DNA of 64,000 nt from assembly GCF_009914755.1 (NCBI RefSeq), contig NC_060925.1. One strand, given 5' to 3'. The notes beneath the pieces are model-generated. The model ran no database searches, was not told where the DNA came from, and saw only the letters and a list, made by a program, of their open reading frames with translations. The DNA comes from the human T2T-CHM13v2.0 reference genome, Homo sapiens. This document shows, piece after piece, positions 1-12,757 of the stretch (positions are counted from its first letter, which is position 1; every line of letters begins with the position of its first letter). Position numbers and translations under genes: made by a program.

Positions 1-385
1 GTGACTTAAGATAGAAATTCTCTATGATGCATATGAGTTGAAGGTGAGCAGTTCAGGGATGGCAGGGCTGCTACATAATGATTGGGTCTCATTCCTCTTG
101 TGTGGCTCCACCATCCTCAACACATAGTTCCCTATGTAGTCCAACGTGGCTGCTTGGGCTTCAGTTATCACAACTGCATTCCAGCCAAGAAAAAGAGATA
201 AAGAAGGACACCTCATATGAGAAACTGTGCTTATCTCTTTCCCTGACATCCCTTTAACAAGAACTTAGTCATTTGGTGATACCTAGCTGTAGCGGAGGTT
301 GGAACTGTAGTCTTTATTTCAGGAAGCCAAGTATCCAGATAAACAAGGACAGGAGGGTGGATACTTTGGAGAAGCCGGCAGTTCT
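1..385 (-). mobile_element. Old MaLR LTR fragment (MLT1J/K-like)
   Basis: Reverse complement ggctggaatgcagttgtgataactgaagcccaagcagccacgttgga resembles the MLT1 core; borders approximate. Confidence 0.6.
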
Positions 386-3127
386 TCTATAGTACCAGTC
401 TCATAAGGTGATGGAGGACTGAATGAGAGTACACTGTACAGTTGTTTGTATTACATTAAAAGTGCATTAAAATATAGTTTTATTACTATGATCTCATTCC
501 ATTTCAAGCTCAGTACTGTCACAGAATTAATGTATGCTGAACCTAAATACTGCTGATTGGATGCATCCTAATACCGCTAAAAAACAAAATTATTTTTATA
601 GGTGGATGAAAATGGATATTGGGTGGTTCTAGATGCTTTGTTTTCAAAAGGCCACATAAACAAAAAAACAAAAACAAAAAAAAAAAAACAAAAAACTTGC
701 ATCATTTAAGCTCCCTGAAAAATTGTTATGTTGAGTTAAGGGAAATGTGCTAAGCAAAATGCATATACATTTTTATTGGTCCCCAAAGACTTAGAGAAGT
801 TGGTTTGAGGCATTGGTGAATTCCAAATGGATCCTGTCCCCAATCCAAAATGAGTGTTCAATGACATTCAAAATGGTTTTGTGAGACTAATGAAAGGGAG
901 GTCCTGATACTGTTGTGATTTAAATGAAGGTATATGTGGGTCATAAACAAACAGAAAAAAATTTTAATAAAATTGAAAAAACCTGAGTGGAGCTGCATTC
1001 ATTAATTTGAGCCAATTAGGTTGACACTAGTCTGCTAAATTGTCTATTTGGGCAAATTTCTATTAAGAATTTTTAATACTAAGGTGACTTCTTGCCACCA
1101 GAATGTCTACAGGTTATTAATCAGCCTTCCGTATGGTGTGTATACAGAATGCAAAGTAAGTTAACATTGGCCTAATCCACACATAGTTAAAAAGGAAAAC
1201 TGTGGAGCTATGCATCCACAGTGGTGGATGCAGGGAATCCTGGACTAGGGGTCAGAAGACCTGGGTTCTGGTCCCAGATCTCCCGTTAACATATCCACAA
1301 GACTTTGTACAAGTCTTAACCTCTCTTGCTTCAGTTGCTACTAAAATAAACATGTCCAATTAGAGGTTTATTTCAGCACTCAATTTCTATGATTTTCTAA
1401 AAATGCAATGATCTGAGTTATATGTGTCACTGGCCCCCTCCACCATTCAATTAAAACTCACAGCACTGTCACATTCTACAACGTCATTTCCCTTTCATAA
1501 ATGTTCTAAAGTTTTGGTCTGATTATGGTTCTCTCTGTGAAGTAAGCTGGAACAGCTGTTTTATCTTGAGAATTGTCAAGTTGGCTGATTGCATAACCCT
1601 ATAGCTTTAAGTTTAAATCACTCTCACTGTGTTCCATGGTAGAAGCATCCCCCAGGAATATGCCCTCTACACAATCAGATCTTAGAGTTCAGGGGGTAGG
1701 GGAAGCACAGATTTCCTTGGTAGATCACTGGGAGTGATAGCAAGTGGGACCATTCTTATTTCTACATCTTGGTTACCAGATCCACATGTTCTACCTATTG
1801 GGGACATAACACAATACAAGAGCCAAGTATTTAGGGAATGCACTGCATCCTGGAGGACAGTAACCCATCATCACAGGGTATTATCTCCAAGCTGACATCT
1901 CAGTTGTGCCTTTAAGAGATTATTCCATCGCTCTCTCAGGCCAGCAGCTTTGGGATAGTAAAGTATGTGATAGGACTATATGATCACTTACAGCTTGCCT
2001 TTACTTTAAAGAGGGTCTCTTTGTCCCTTGGTCTGAGTGACGTTATGTGGAATTCTGTAAGCCCTTGGATAGTGGTGCTGACTGAGACCCTGCGGGCAGG
2101 AAAGACAAAGCCGTATCCAAAATATGTATCCATTTTAGTCAGGATTAATCACTAACCTTTTCAAAGTAAAAGGGGCCCAATGTGTTTAACTTGCTGCCAA
2201 GTAGGTGCCATATCAAGGTCTCCCTCATTATTGGTCTCTACTGCTGGAAGTTTGGATATTTGTTAGCAACCGTTATTATTAGTAATGGAAAGCCAGATCC
2301 CTGGCTTTTGGGCCCGTGTATGTCCTCTACCTCTGCCACCATGGCTATTCATGAGTTCCTTGTACCAGCGCTGGGATTGCCAATGACAAAGGCCGACTGA
2401 CATCCACTGGCAAAATCAATCTGTCTGCTTGATTGTTTAGTGTCTCATCCATGGTTGATGCTCTTCGGTGGACATTAAGATGCAAAGCAAAAATCTTCAC
2501 ATTTCATGTCCACCCACACAGGTCCCTTTACAAGCTCCTTTCCTCTGACCAATCTCCTAATCTTTCTCATTCCAAGTGTCTAACCAACCAACCAAGCCAA
2601 TTGCCACTGCCCACAAGTTTGTATATATTATTACCTAGAAACACATTACACACAAAGTAGATGATTCTTTGGTGTATTTCCTAAAACTGTATTCATTGGG
2701 AGGATTTTCCTTCACCACTGTCATAAGAACCACCTTCTCCTTAATGGCCATAGTGTGAGAGGCACTGGAGAAACAGCAGTGGGTAACATGGGGATCTGGG
2801 CCACCTGCTCATGTGCCTTTCTTGTGCCCTCTAGCCCTACCTCTACCTACTCCTGGCTCTCTCATTTCCATATTGCTATGGATTGCTGCTGGGCCTGCCA
2901 GACCCTAATACTTGGTGGGTTTGATAGAAACCAGCTTATGATGAGCAGCTCTGGCCACAAAATCTGTTGAAGTTCCATGGTCAGACTTTAGTGTTTACTA
3001 AAACCCAGTAACACACCAGGAGCTATTTTTCAAATGGTGAATGATTCCCTGCTACCGATAGCACAGCCTTACTCCAGAACCCTGGGAGTTTATGTTGTAA
3101 ATTTCCCATTGGGTCTTGGCAGATATA

Positions 3128-3996
3128 TGTAAAACATATATTTGGTCTTCACCCAACTTCCTGGCATACAACTCCTCAAATCCTTAGAATCTCTAAAACG
3201 ATGTCTTTTTGTATGCTAATAATTGACTGATGGCAAGCAGTCCCTAGGTAGCTTCAGGATGAGGTCTGGTCACTGGAAAGACCGAGGCTTGATTAGAGGG
3301 TTGGGACTTTCAGTCCACTCTCAACCACTGGGAAAGAGAAAGGGACTGAAGGTTAAGTTGATCACCAATGGCCAATGACGTAATCAATCAATCCTATGTA
3401 GTGGGGCCTCCATAAAAACCCAAAAGGGCATGGTTCGAAAAGCTTTCAAATAGCTGAACCTATGGAGGCTCTTAGAGGATGGTGCACCTGGGGGTTGGAG
3501 GGAGCATGGAAACTCTGTGCCTCTTCCCCCATACCTAACCGTATGCATCTTTTCATCTGAACCCTTTGTAATATCCTTTATAATAGATTGCTGAATGTAA
3601 GTAGGTGTTTCCCTGAGTTTCAGGAGCTGCTCTAGCAAATTAATCTAACCCAAGGAGGGGTGTGTGTGGGATCCCTGATTTATAGCCAGTTGGTCAGAAG
3701 CACAGGTAAAACAACCTGGAGCTTGAGATTGGTGTCTGAAAGCTGCATGGAGTGGGGCGGTGGTGGCAGTCTTGGGCATTAATTCCTTAACCTGTGGGAT
3801 CTGATGCTATCTCTAGGTAGATAGAGTAAGAATAGAATGGAATTAGAGGATACTTAAAGGGTGCCTGCTGCAGAATTGATTGCTTGCTTGTTGGTGGAGA
3901 GAAATCCCCAAACATTTGGTCACAGAAGTGTTCTATGTTGATTGTTATTGTTGACTGAGAGAATAAATACTTGTGAGTGTGTTTTTGTCCATTCAC
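3128..3996. mobile_element. MER21-family LTR nested in the ERVL relic
   Basis: Characteristic MER21 motifs (cttcaggatgagg...ctggtcactggaaagacc; gttgatcaccaatggccaatg). Confidence 0.75.
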
Positions 3997-4310
3997 GGAC
4001 CCACACAGCATCTTCCCCAATCAGAGACATCTCTAATAGCATAGAATTTGCTGATTCACGTGGTTCAAGCAGAAGGAATATTTGTATCCAGTCTGGACCT
4101 ACTCCAGTGCCTTTTACTTCTCTGGGCCCCACACAAAGTTGGAAGCCTTCCTTGCCACCCAGTAAATGTGTTGGAGCAGTATTACCATGTGTGGAATATG
4201 AGTCTTCCAAAACCAAAGAGAATACCAAGCACTGTGCTTTCTTCCTAGTGGTAGAAAACTTGAGATGCAATAATGTGTCCTTTATTTGGGAAGGGATGTC
4301 CTATAATACC

Positions 4311-4512
4311 CTCATCAAACTTTTCCTATAAAGGGTCAAAGGGTAAAAAATTTTAGGCTTTGTGTACCAAATAGTCTTTGTTTCAACTACTAACTTTGCC
4401 ATTATAACATGAAAACAGTCATAGGCAATATATAAGCAAATGTGCATGGCTGTATTCCAATAAAACTTTATTTACAAAAACAAGTGGTGGGACAGATTTC
4501 ACCAATCCTTGT
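4311..4512. mobile_element. MER58A (hAT-Charlie MITE)
   Basis: caaactttt...aaagggtca...ggctgtattccaataaaactttatttacaaaaaca. Confidence 0.8.
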
Positions 4513-5679
4513 CCTAGACCACCAGACTGCTAAAAATGTCACTAATGTGGTGGGCCTTTGATGGGTTTATCTACCATTCTCCAGAGTACAAGTGTCACTT
4601 CTTGGTCATTCAGTCCAATTAACATAGTCTCATGGGTATAATGGACCAATTTAATGTCCCAGGGAATGTCCTGATGATCGTGGTCCCATATACAAAGGCT
4701 AGAAAATTTAATGTCATCCTGGGGCAAGACCATAAATGTATGCAACTGTCCATCCATGTGAATGGAAACTGCTTCTCTTCTTCTTGCTTCTTGATTTGAA
4801 AATTAGATGGGCTTTATCCAGCACCCATGTATAATCTTCCAGCTTTTATATATATTAGCTGGGCCTTTGCCACTCTTTTGGCCTGTGGTCTCCTTCTTTC
4901 CTTAACAAGCCCAGCATATGTCTAGCTGGTGTACGATGTGACTTACCCTATTTATAGATCTGGTGGTCAGGAGGTGGGGATATATCACAAGGAGGCATGT
5001 GTTTCCTTGTAGGCAGAAGCTTCTGCATTGTCTTCAAGCAAGAGGGGCAGTGCTAGCTTTTAACAAGGAGAAATAGGCCAGTTCTGCAGGCACAGAGAAT
5101 TCAGGTAAAGCTGAGGATTCAAGATTTCAAGTGCATCAATCTGGACCCTGACCTTAGTGTGACAGACCTGTCAAGGGTGGAGAATTCAATTTTCCTTGGA
5201 GCTCTGCTATTCTAATAATTAAGACCTGGGTCTCCTAAGCTTTTTCTGCCATCTAGATGTATACTGTCTTTATATGTTGCCAAGGAGGCCCTCTTGCTTT
5301 CATGCTCACTTTATATTAGTTATTAATCATCCTCAATTTTTCATTGCCTTTCTTTACTAATGGTCCCCAGTGACACCCATTCAAATTCCATAGTGCTTAT
5401 AATAACCGTTTCCCCCACACCTCTCAAGCATTTGAGATTTTGCCCCTGCCAATGTATTCCTTTCTCCAGTATCTTATCCCAATTCACCTCTGCAGACGGT
5501 TTTAACAATTGTGTGATTACAGTATTACAAAGGCTCATTGCTAGTGAGCCAGCGGGTGATCCAGCTCCAAAATCCCATTTTCGAGTCTCCTTCCTGGAAC
5601 TCTTAGTATCACAGGTCAGCATCCCCATGAAAAATACAGTAAGACCCTGAGATTGTCATGCAGAAGGCACCAGAGCATC

Positions 5680-5905
5680 TTTAACAGGAGCTTTATCCCC
5701 CATTTTGTGGCCATAGAGAAAACATTACCATATACTGAGGATAGCAGGGCAAAGGGTGGAATGAGCCTGAGTCCTGATGCCATGACTGAATTAGCAATTC
5801 CATCCTGGGATAGCCTACTTCTTAAACTTCTGAAGCAAGCATGATGTCCTTTCTGTTTAAGACACTCTTAGGTATTCAGTTACTTGCAGCCAAAGGCATT
5901 CTAGC
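5680..5905 (+). mobile_element. Old ERVL/MaLR LTR 3' part (MLT1/LTR33-like)
   Basis: Ends in ttcagttacttgcagccaaaggcattcta, a typical LTR terminus. Confidence 0.5.
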
Positions 5906-5914
5906 TCTAATCTC

Positions 5915-6085
5915 AGTTAATGCTTCACTACCCTGTGCTGTGAGGTAGGGGTTATTATTATTCCCATTTCATAAACAAGAGAGCTTAAGCTTAGAGATTA
6001 CTTGCTCGAGATCACACAACTAGAAATTGGTGGAGCCCAGTCTAAACCTTAGTACTATCTGCATCCAAAGTCCGTGCTCTTTACC
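5915..6085 (-). mobile_element. MIR SINE
   Basis: ttattattcccatttcata...gatcacacaactag core. Confidence 0.65.
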
Positions 6086-6234
6086 CTTTTATAAAAATCT
6101 ATGTGACAAGTGATCAAACCAGGAGGGGTATGGCACCATCCCCCAGATCTGAAGGGAAGAGTAGCTTATGTATAGCTAAGATCCACATACACCAGAAGAG
6201 CTGCCCTTAAACAGCTCACTGACCTCTTACTTGG

Positions 6235-6684
6235 TGTATTGGGTTGAATGGGTCTCAAAACAGAGACCATGCCTTCACTGTCAGAACCTGCAAATGTGAC
6301 CTTACGTGGAAAAAAGATCTTTGCAGATGTCATTAAGGATCTTGAGGATCTTGTCTTAAGGTTATCCAGGTGGGCCCCAAATCTAGTGACCAGTGTCCTT
6401 ATAAGAGTCATACAGGGAAAACCTGCCAGACAGAAAAAGGAGGAAGCAATGCGGCCATGGAGGCAGAGACTAGAGTGATGCAGCTGTGAGTCAAGGAACC
6501 CCTGAAGGCATGAGAGGCTGGAAGAGGCAGAAACAGAATCTCCCCTGGAGTCTTTGGAAGTAGCACCCGGCCCACACCTTGATTTTGGACTCTGGCCTCC
6601 AGAACTATGAGGGAATAAATCTCTATTGTTTTACACCACCAAGTTTATGGTAATTTGTTATGGCAGCCTCAGGAAACTAATACT
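6235..6684 (+). mobile_element. MaLR solo LTR (MLT1B/D-like)
   Basis: tgtattgggttgaatgg...gaacctgcaaatgtgacctta...aataaatctctattgtttta...ggaaactaatac. Confidence 0.8.
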
Positions 6685-7687
6685 ACGTTTATTTCTTTCT
6701 TATGTAAAGGTGAGCAGTATACTTTCTAAGTTTGATTGAATATATTCCTCATGTGGCAAATTTCTGTTGGAATCCTTTATACTTTAAAGATAATGTGTGA
6801 ACTACTTCCTTAGCAGAGGTAGAGGCACCTGTAGAGACATGAATGAGCATTTTTCTGGGAAGAAGGTCCATAGCCATCATATTCTCAATAGGGTCTTGAT
6901 AGGCTCCACAAAACTAAGAATTTCTGAGAGGGAGCCTGGGCAAATGGAAGAATGACAGGTAGCTAAGCTCTAAGAGAAACAAGTGCTAAGACTGTGAAAC
7001 ATACAGAGAATAAGTTTCAAGTATGCGGAAGCCGGAAGGTCCTGTGTGTGTCTGGTTAGAAGGCTTCAAGTCAATCTCTTTGGGAAAGAAGCTTTGCCTT
7101 CCTCATGAGTTCAGACAAGAAAGCAGAACTCGTAAAGGTCTAGCAAAGGCGACTGCAAAGGGCCAACTCCACACAGCTCAGAGTCCGGAGGAAAGGAAAC
7201 GCTCCTTCTGGACAAAGTATAAAGAGGTTAGGAAAATTTCAAATTTCTCTAGTTAAAATCTGCCGGTATTGAAGAAGGTAAATTCTGTTACAATGACAAA
7301 TCAATAAAATGCTGCCTCAAAAGACTTATTACGCTTCTATATTGGGGTAGAAAAAAGAAAGGGAAAACATTGGTGTCTAAAAATAAGGAATGGTATGAAC
7401 TTAAGTCTGACTCTAAAAAGGAAAAGGAAAAGGAAGGAGATATATTTTCTGAGTCTATCACTATGAAAATTATGAGATGAAATTTAAAGAATATGAAACA
7501 AACCTCAGGCAGAATCTTGGCTACCAAAACCACAAGCCCCACATGACAGCCTGCTCCATTGAATGCCATGGAAACTGCCTCCCCGGCAGCACGTGGGCTT
7601 GGAACTACTTGCACGATTCCTCCATGAAAGTACTTGAGATAGGGTTGGGGTAAGCAGAGAGAGTGAGTGAGGAGACAGAAGAGTGTT

Positions 7688-7735
7688 GTAAGGGCAGCTC
7701 TGCTTCCCAGAGAACTGGAACTGAATCCCTGGAGG
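7688..7735 (+). repeat. 48-bp unique-sequence direct repeat, copy 1
   Basis: gtaagggcagctctgcttcccagagaactggaactgaatccctggagg is identical to 11015-11062. Confidence 0.95.
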
Positions 7736-9452
7736 CTTCCTAGCAAAATCATGAAGTGTTTTTAAAACAAATTGCCTCACAAGTGTTTACAGTTCAGTTC
7801 TGCCTGCCTGTCTGCCGAACTGAAAGGAACAGGTGAAACCCAAAGCTGGTTTTCAGCCCCATCGTTCACAATTCTAAGAAGGAAACATCCTTCACAAAAC
7901 AGGAACTTTGTCCTTGAAAATTTCACATACTACAGGCTTTCCTGCCACATACCTGGGATATAACATCCAATAGCTCATTTGCAATCTATTGCAGTAAATG
8001 TGCTAAGAGCTAAGGAGAAGCAAAATGCACATATGTATAAATGGGCCACAATTTCTAAGGATTCTGCTCTAACATGGGTTTCTTCTCTGAAGCAAATACA
8101 GTGTTTCTAAAACTTACAAGAATAAGAGAACATCAAGTAAGAAAGGCCTAATTAAGTCGGGGTTTTTGTTTTGTTTTGTCTTGTTTTGTTTTTGAAAAGT
8201 CATGTTAGACTCTTTCCTCTTGGAACAGAATTGACAAATTAGCACAGGAATAAAATGTACCAGTCATTTGACCATGTAAGTTACATAATGTAGAAGCACA
8301 TTTTGTGACGTGAGTATTCAATGTAGCACAACACTTTCCTCATCAAATTATTTCATTGTTCTTATCCCACGTTATTTTCCAAGCAGGCGCTTGCTTGTGA
8401 ATGGCCTCCAACATCTTGTAGGGTTTGCTGCTCTGAACACCTCCCATCTCTTGCCTGACCCGGAGGCCAATGACAGCTTTTCTATGTGGGCCTAATAACA
8501 AACGAAAAGAAGACAGGACATTTATTACATTCAACACACACGTATATAGAAATTTCTGTGTCAGGCCAAATACTACCATAGCACTTTACAAGCATTAACC
8601 CATTTAATCCTCAAAAGACCTATAAGGTAGGTTCTCTTTTCACCTCCATTTTACAGATGAAGAAACTTGTCTTATATTTACTGAGAGGTGGAGCCAGGAT
8701 TTAAATGAGTGTGCAATTAACCACTATACCATGCAACCTTAAGTAGCAGTATCATAAAGGTGAATGAAGCCGTATTAACAAATAATACTAAGGGCTCATA
8801 TGAAAGCAATTCTTAAAAATGGAGATTTGATTTTATTTTTTAAATGAAGATTTTTTAAAATGGAAAAGGTTACCCAGAATGTTAACGTGGACAAGTTTTC
8901 ATCATGGGTTTCTAAAGCTGTAATTTGTGAAGCTTTATTACATGTATACAATGGTAGTGTTAGTCAATTGATATAATCAGCCCTCAAATCTGTAAACATC
9001 TTTAAATCATCAACTATATTTGTTTCTCTGGCTATAAAAGGAATAATTGTTCATATTTGGAAGATTCAGAAAAGTACATGGTGAAAAATGAAAATCACTC
9101 ATAATCTCATCATCCAGAAATTGTCATTGCTGATATTTTCACATCTATACTCTCTAGTCTTCTTTCTAAATGTACATCCACCCATCTGTATATTGGCTTA
9201 ACATTTATTAAATGTGACGTTTTGTGCACATAAGGGATGCATTATTCAAAGAAAAACAATTTCTACTCTTTTTCAGTACCCTCATATGTACTAAATATTC
9301 TCTAAGGATTGAAAAAGTTTAAAATCAAACATTAAGATCACAGAAGTACTATCAGAGTGGAAATAAATAATCAATGATACATATGCTAGAGCATTCTTAA
9401 AATCAAATATTCAGTCAAATGAAGTAACAATGGTGATATTTTTCAATATAAT

Positions 9453-9458
9453 TTTATT
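9453..9458 (-). terminator. Candidate UOX polyadenylation signal
   Basis: First AATAAA I found on the - strand after the stop codon, about 440 nt downstream. Confidence 0.4.
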
Positions 9459-9899
9459 TCATTTTCTGCATTACTTAGAAGCATCAGTAGGATGAAAACA
9501 ATATTTGTTTCTTAAACCTGTGCACAAATTAATTGATGTGACACACTCATTAATTCATGATTATTTTCTTAATGAATTGATTCTAAAGCTTCTCCAAGAT
9601 AGGAAGGCATAAGATAACCAAAAAGAAATATTGATTTATAACTGTTCTAATACTGCTCAGCATTTTTAAAGTAAATTATAGCCATAAAGCCTGTTATAAT
9701 TACTAATAAGGTAATCCACAGAATGCCTTGCTGAGCTAGGTGTAGAAGAAATAAACTGTTTCATATTGGAGGAAAGTGAACACTATAAATCAATATACTA
9801 GTGTGAAATTTTGCATGGCTACATGCTATCATCTCCAGCATCACAAATGACTTAAGGAATTCCTCAGCTGAGAGTGGACTCCTATTGGTGGCCACAATG

Positions 9900-9974
9900 T
9901 CACAGTCTTGAAGACAACTTCCTCTTGACTGTACCAGTAATTTTTCCATATGGATTGTCTAATGGCAGCAAGAC
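9900..9974 (-). pseudogene. UOX: UOX exon 8 coding part, ending in PTS1 SRL
   Basis: ctacag|GTCTTG; [27 protein letters not shown]. Confidence 0.96.
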
Positions 9975-11014
9975 CTGTAGAAAAACCACATGGTAATTTA
10001 AAGGACATTAAAATAGCCCTCTCCTCCTTTCTATGACTCAATATTAAAAACAAAAACAACAACTTACTAAACAGGAAAATGTGTATGTCCTCCACTAAAG
10101 TTACTTCAAGCATGGTAATGCCTTATTATTCTGGCAATAGTTGAGAGATGAGTCAATTTCCTAGAAAATTTAAAAGCTTTTGAAAAATGTTAATCATTGA
10201 GATATAAATGTTTCTAAGATGCATTCCATATCCCTGCTTTGTAAATGCAGTGTATTGAACACAATTGACCTTTCCTTGGTGACTCACCTCATCCATGAGT
10301 CATTGTCCAATGCTGTAAGATCACCATGGCCTCAGAAGTGTCTGAGGTCTGCAGGGCTGTTCACTCAATTCTAAATGGCTCCAGATAGCGGTGCTTTTAG
10401 AGTTCTTCCACCCTCCCACCCTGTCATTTGTCACTTCTCTGCTAGTGTTAATGTGTCCAACTTCCTGTTTCTCATGTGTTATGTTCACTTTGTACACATC
10501 TGCTGGGTGAGAGTCCAAGAGTGGCTCCAGACATCCTCAAAGTACAGACACAAGGACAGCTTGTTCAGCCACTCAGGTGCCTTTACGTAGAGCCCTGACC
10601 CAAAGGAACTTAGGCCTTCCTGACTCCAAGTCCCCAGCTGGGCTCCATGAGGGAGCTGCGAGTCTGACTTCCTAGAGGGAAGAACCCTGTGGGCGCAGCC
10701 CCCCAGCATGCTGGGATTAGTGCAGACCTGAGGTGTCGGGGGCCCTCAGGAGCCCTCCTCTCTCTGCCTGGGGTCCTGAGCTAAGCACTGCTTGAGCCAT
10801 GACACCTGATCCTTTTTTCTATGTAGGGTCCATTTGTTTTGCCTCTGGTGGACTTGGCCAGGATTACTTTCAGGTCGCTCTCCTGCCCGTTAGAAGGCTT
10901 TAAAAAGGCTTCAGATTCTAATTAATGGCATTCTGGTAGCCATGTCCTTTCCTTCCTCTAAAGTAAATACTGCTGCCTCTCCTTGTGGCTGGATGTACAG
11001 CATGTGGGACCAAG

Positions 11015-11062
11015 GTAAGGGCAGCTCTGCTTCCCAGAGAACTGGAACTGAATCCCTGGAGG
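11015..11062 (+). repeat. 48-bp unique-sequence direct repeat, copy 2
   Basis: Identical to 7688-7735. Confidence 0.95.
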
Positions 11063-11656
11063 TTTTCAGAATCTAGATCACCTTTGCCAGGCACCTAAGC
11101 ATGACCTTTGTTTCCAGATGCGACTCCCGAGCCTCCACCTGCAGCTGATGGTGGTCAAAGCCTGCTAGAGGCCACTCACATTACTTGCAAAACAGAAAGG
11201 AGGTACCTGGCCCGAAGGATTGTGAGGCTTCTGGGCCATCAGGTGCAGAATGTGGGACCTTTAACCCCTTCATTATCCCTTATCCGCCAAAGGATATGAG
11301 TCTATGGGAGCAGAGCCATGCTAATAGATGGCTCCTTCCCTATCTTACTCCCCAACACATACTAAAAGAAGTTACTCGAAACAATGTTTTCTAGTTAATA
11401 GGAATGTGTGGGGAGCTGGAGCAAATTGAGAAATCTTATTTTGAATGTGGTCCAAGAGGGAAGAATGGTTCTGATCTCCCAAGAACTGACCACACCAACC
11501 CACCAGTCAGTACTTCAGGCTGTCTAGTCAGACACACTGAGTGGTTTAACATTCTGCCATGGCTTAAAAAAAAAAAACAAAAAAACAAAAAAACAGGAGA
11601 AGTGTTTCTCCAAGACAAAGGGTTGTTTTCAAAAAATTAATTTCCACATCTTACCT

Positions 11657-11794
11657 CTGTAATTGCAATTAGAAACATAAATACTCTTCCATGTTTTCCT
11701 GTGTGTATTTTATGCCACTGAATTGACTAGTTAATCAAAAGGTAGGAATGATGGAAGAAAGTGAAAATAGAATCTTTTTTTCTCCTCATTGCCT
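11657..11794 (+). repeat. 138-bp unique-sequence direct repeat, copy 1
   Basis: Two mismatches versus 12758-12895. Confidence 0.95.
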
Positions 11795-12135
11795 CATGAT
11801 GGAAGAATAATGAAGCTGTGTCCTTGCATGGCACTTTCAGAGAAGCAGATCTCAAAGCTGTTTCCTTGGGCACACTCTGTTCCTTCTCTGTCTTTCTCTC
11901 TTGGACTTCCAACCTTCTATAATCACTCATCCACTTCGAAGGCACTCCAACCTCAGGCATTGAAAGGCCCAGAATTGAAGAGGGCTGTAATCACTGGCAA
12001 CTATAAATATTCCCCAAAGCAACAGTTGCTTAAGAGTTTTATTCAGTGACATTATCATCCCAGGCTCATAAAGGGGCAAAAGGGGGTGGGACAGAGATGT
12101 GCTTTAAATATATTTAAAGTTCTCTTACCTCTTAC

Positions 12136-12219
12136 CTCTTCCTTGTTGATCAGACCCATTTTGGACATGTCTATGTTGAAGTAGTGAATGTTTGGCAGGC
12201 TGATTTCCATATCTTCTAT
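12136..12219 (-). pseudogene. UOX: UOX exon 7
   Basis: [28 protein letters not shown]; ttccag| and |gtaaga borders. Confidence 0.96.
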
Positions 12220-12757
12220 CTGGAAACCACAGTGGTATGCATCACATTAGGAGCTGCGAGCCTCCATCTCCGTCACTCCAGCTACCCTCACCTCCCCTAA
12301 CCTCGCACCCATTACTCAGGTTCTCTCTCTGACTTGGAGACACCCTCTGATGTTCCTCCACTGCCCGACACTGTTCTCTCCTGCTAGTTCTGTGATTAGA
12401 TGGTGGGTCTGCTCTTCTCCCCTCAGTGTACAAAATCTGTTTCTCTGAAAAGAAAGGGCTCCTCGGGTCAGAAACCTGGGAGACCTCTTCAACATCCAAC
12501 TGGCCTCCAGGTACTGGTCAGTCAACCTTCTAAATTCCTCCTCATTCCACTCCTTCCTTTCCAGGCCTGTATCTAACATTTATAGGCCCTGCAGTAAGAG
12601 TATAATTGGAGACCCACATACCAAAGGTATAAAAACTTTAAAGTTCTATTAATCAAGCCAAAATTTTTTTAAGTGAAATATGTTCTACTCTTCTAACTTG
12701 ACAAATATACCCTTCATAACAACCTGGAAGGCCAAGCATTAATTTAAAATTCTCTAA

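Larger units (their letters stand above)
1640..5620 (-). mobile_element. Decayed ERVL-class (class III) endogenous retrovirus internal region, gag/pol relics
   Basis: RT relic FMVLPQD...LVHYTHETMLIG (4542-4757; cf. LPQG and HYIDD). RNase H relic IYTNLWAVAIGL (~2595-2630). KIFALHLNVHRR...LNNQAD (~2430-2500). Integrase N-terminal relic WQQVKHIGP (~2175-2200). Many stops. Confidence 0.8.

Noticed and set aside
1211-1232. Perfect 9-bp hairpin tgcatccac-agtg-gtggatgca
   Set aside because: Short and isolated; one such stem is plausible by chance or local template switching in 64 kb
7288-7752. Longest ORF (154 aa, - strand)
   Set aside because: Low-complexity F/L/S-rich composition from an A-rich opposite strand; no motif or splice support
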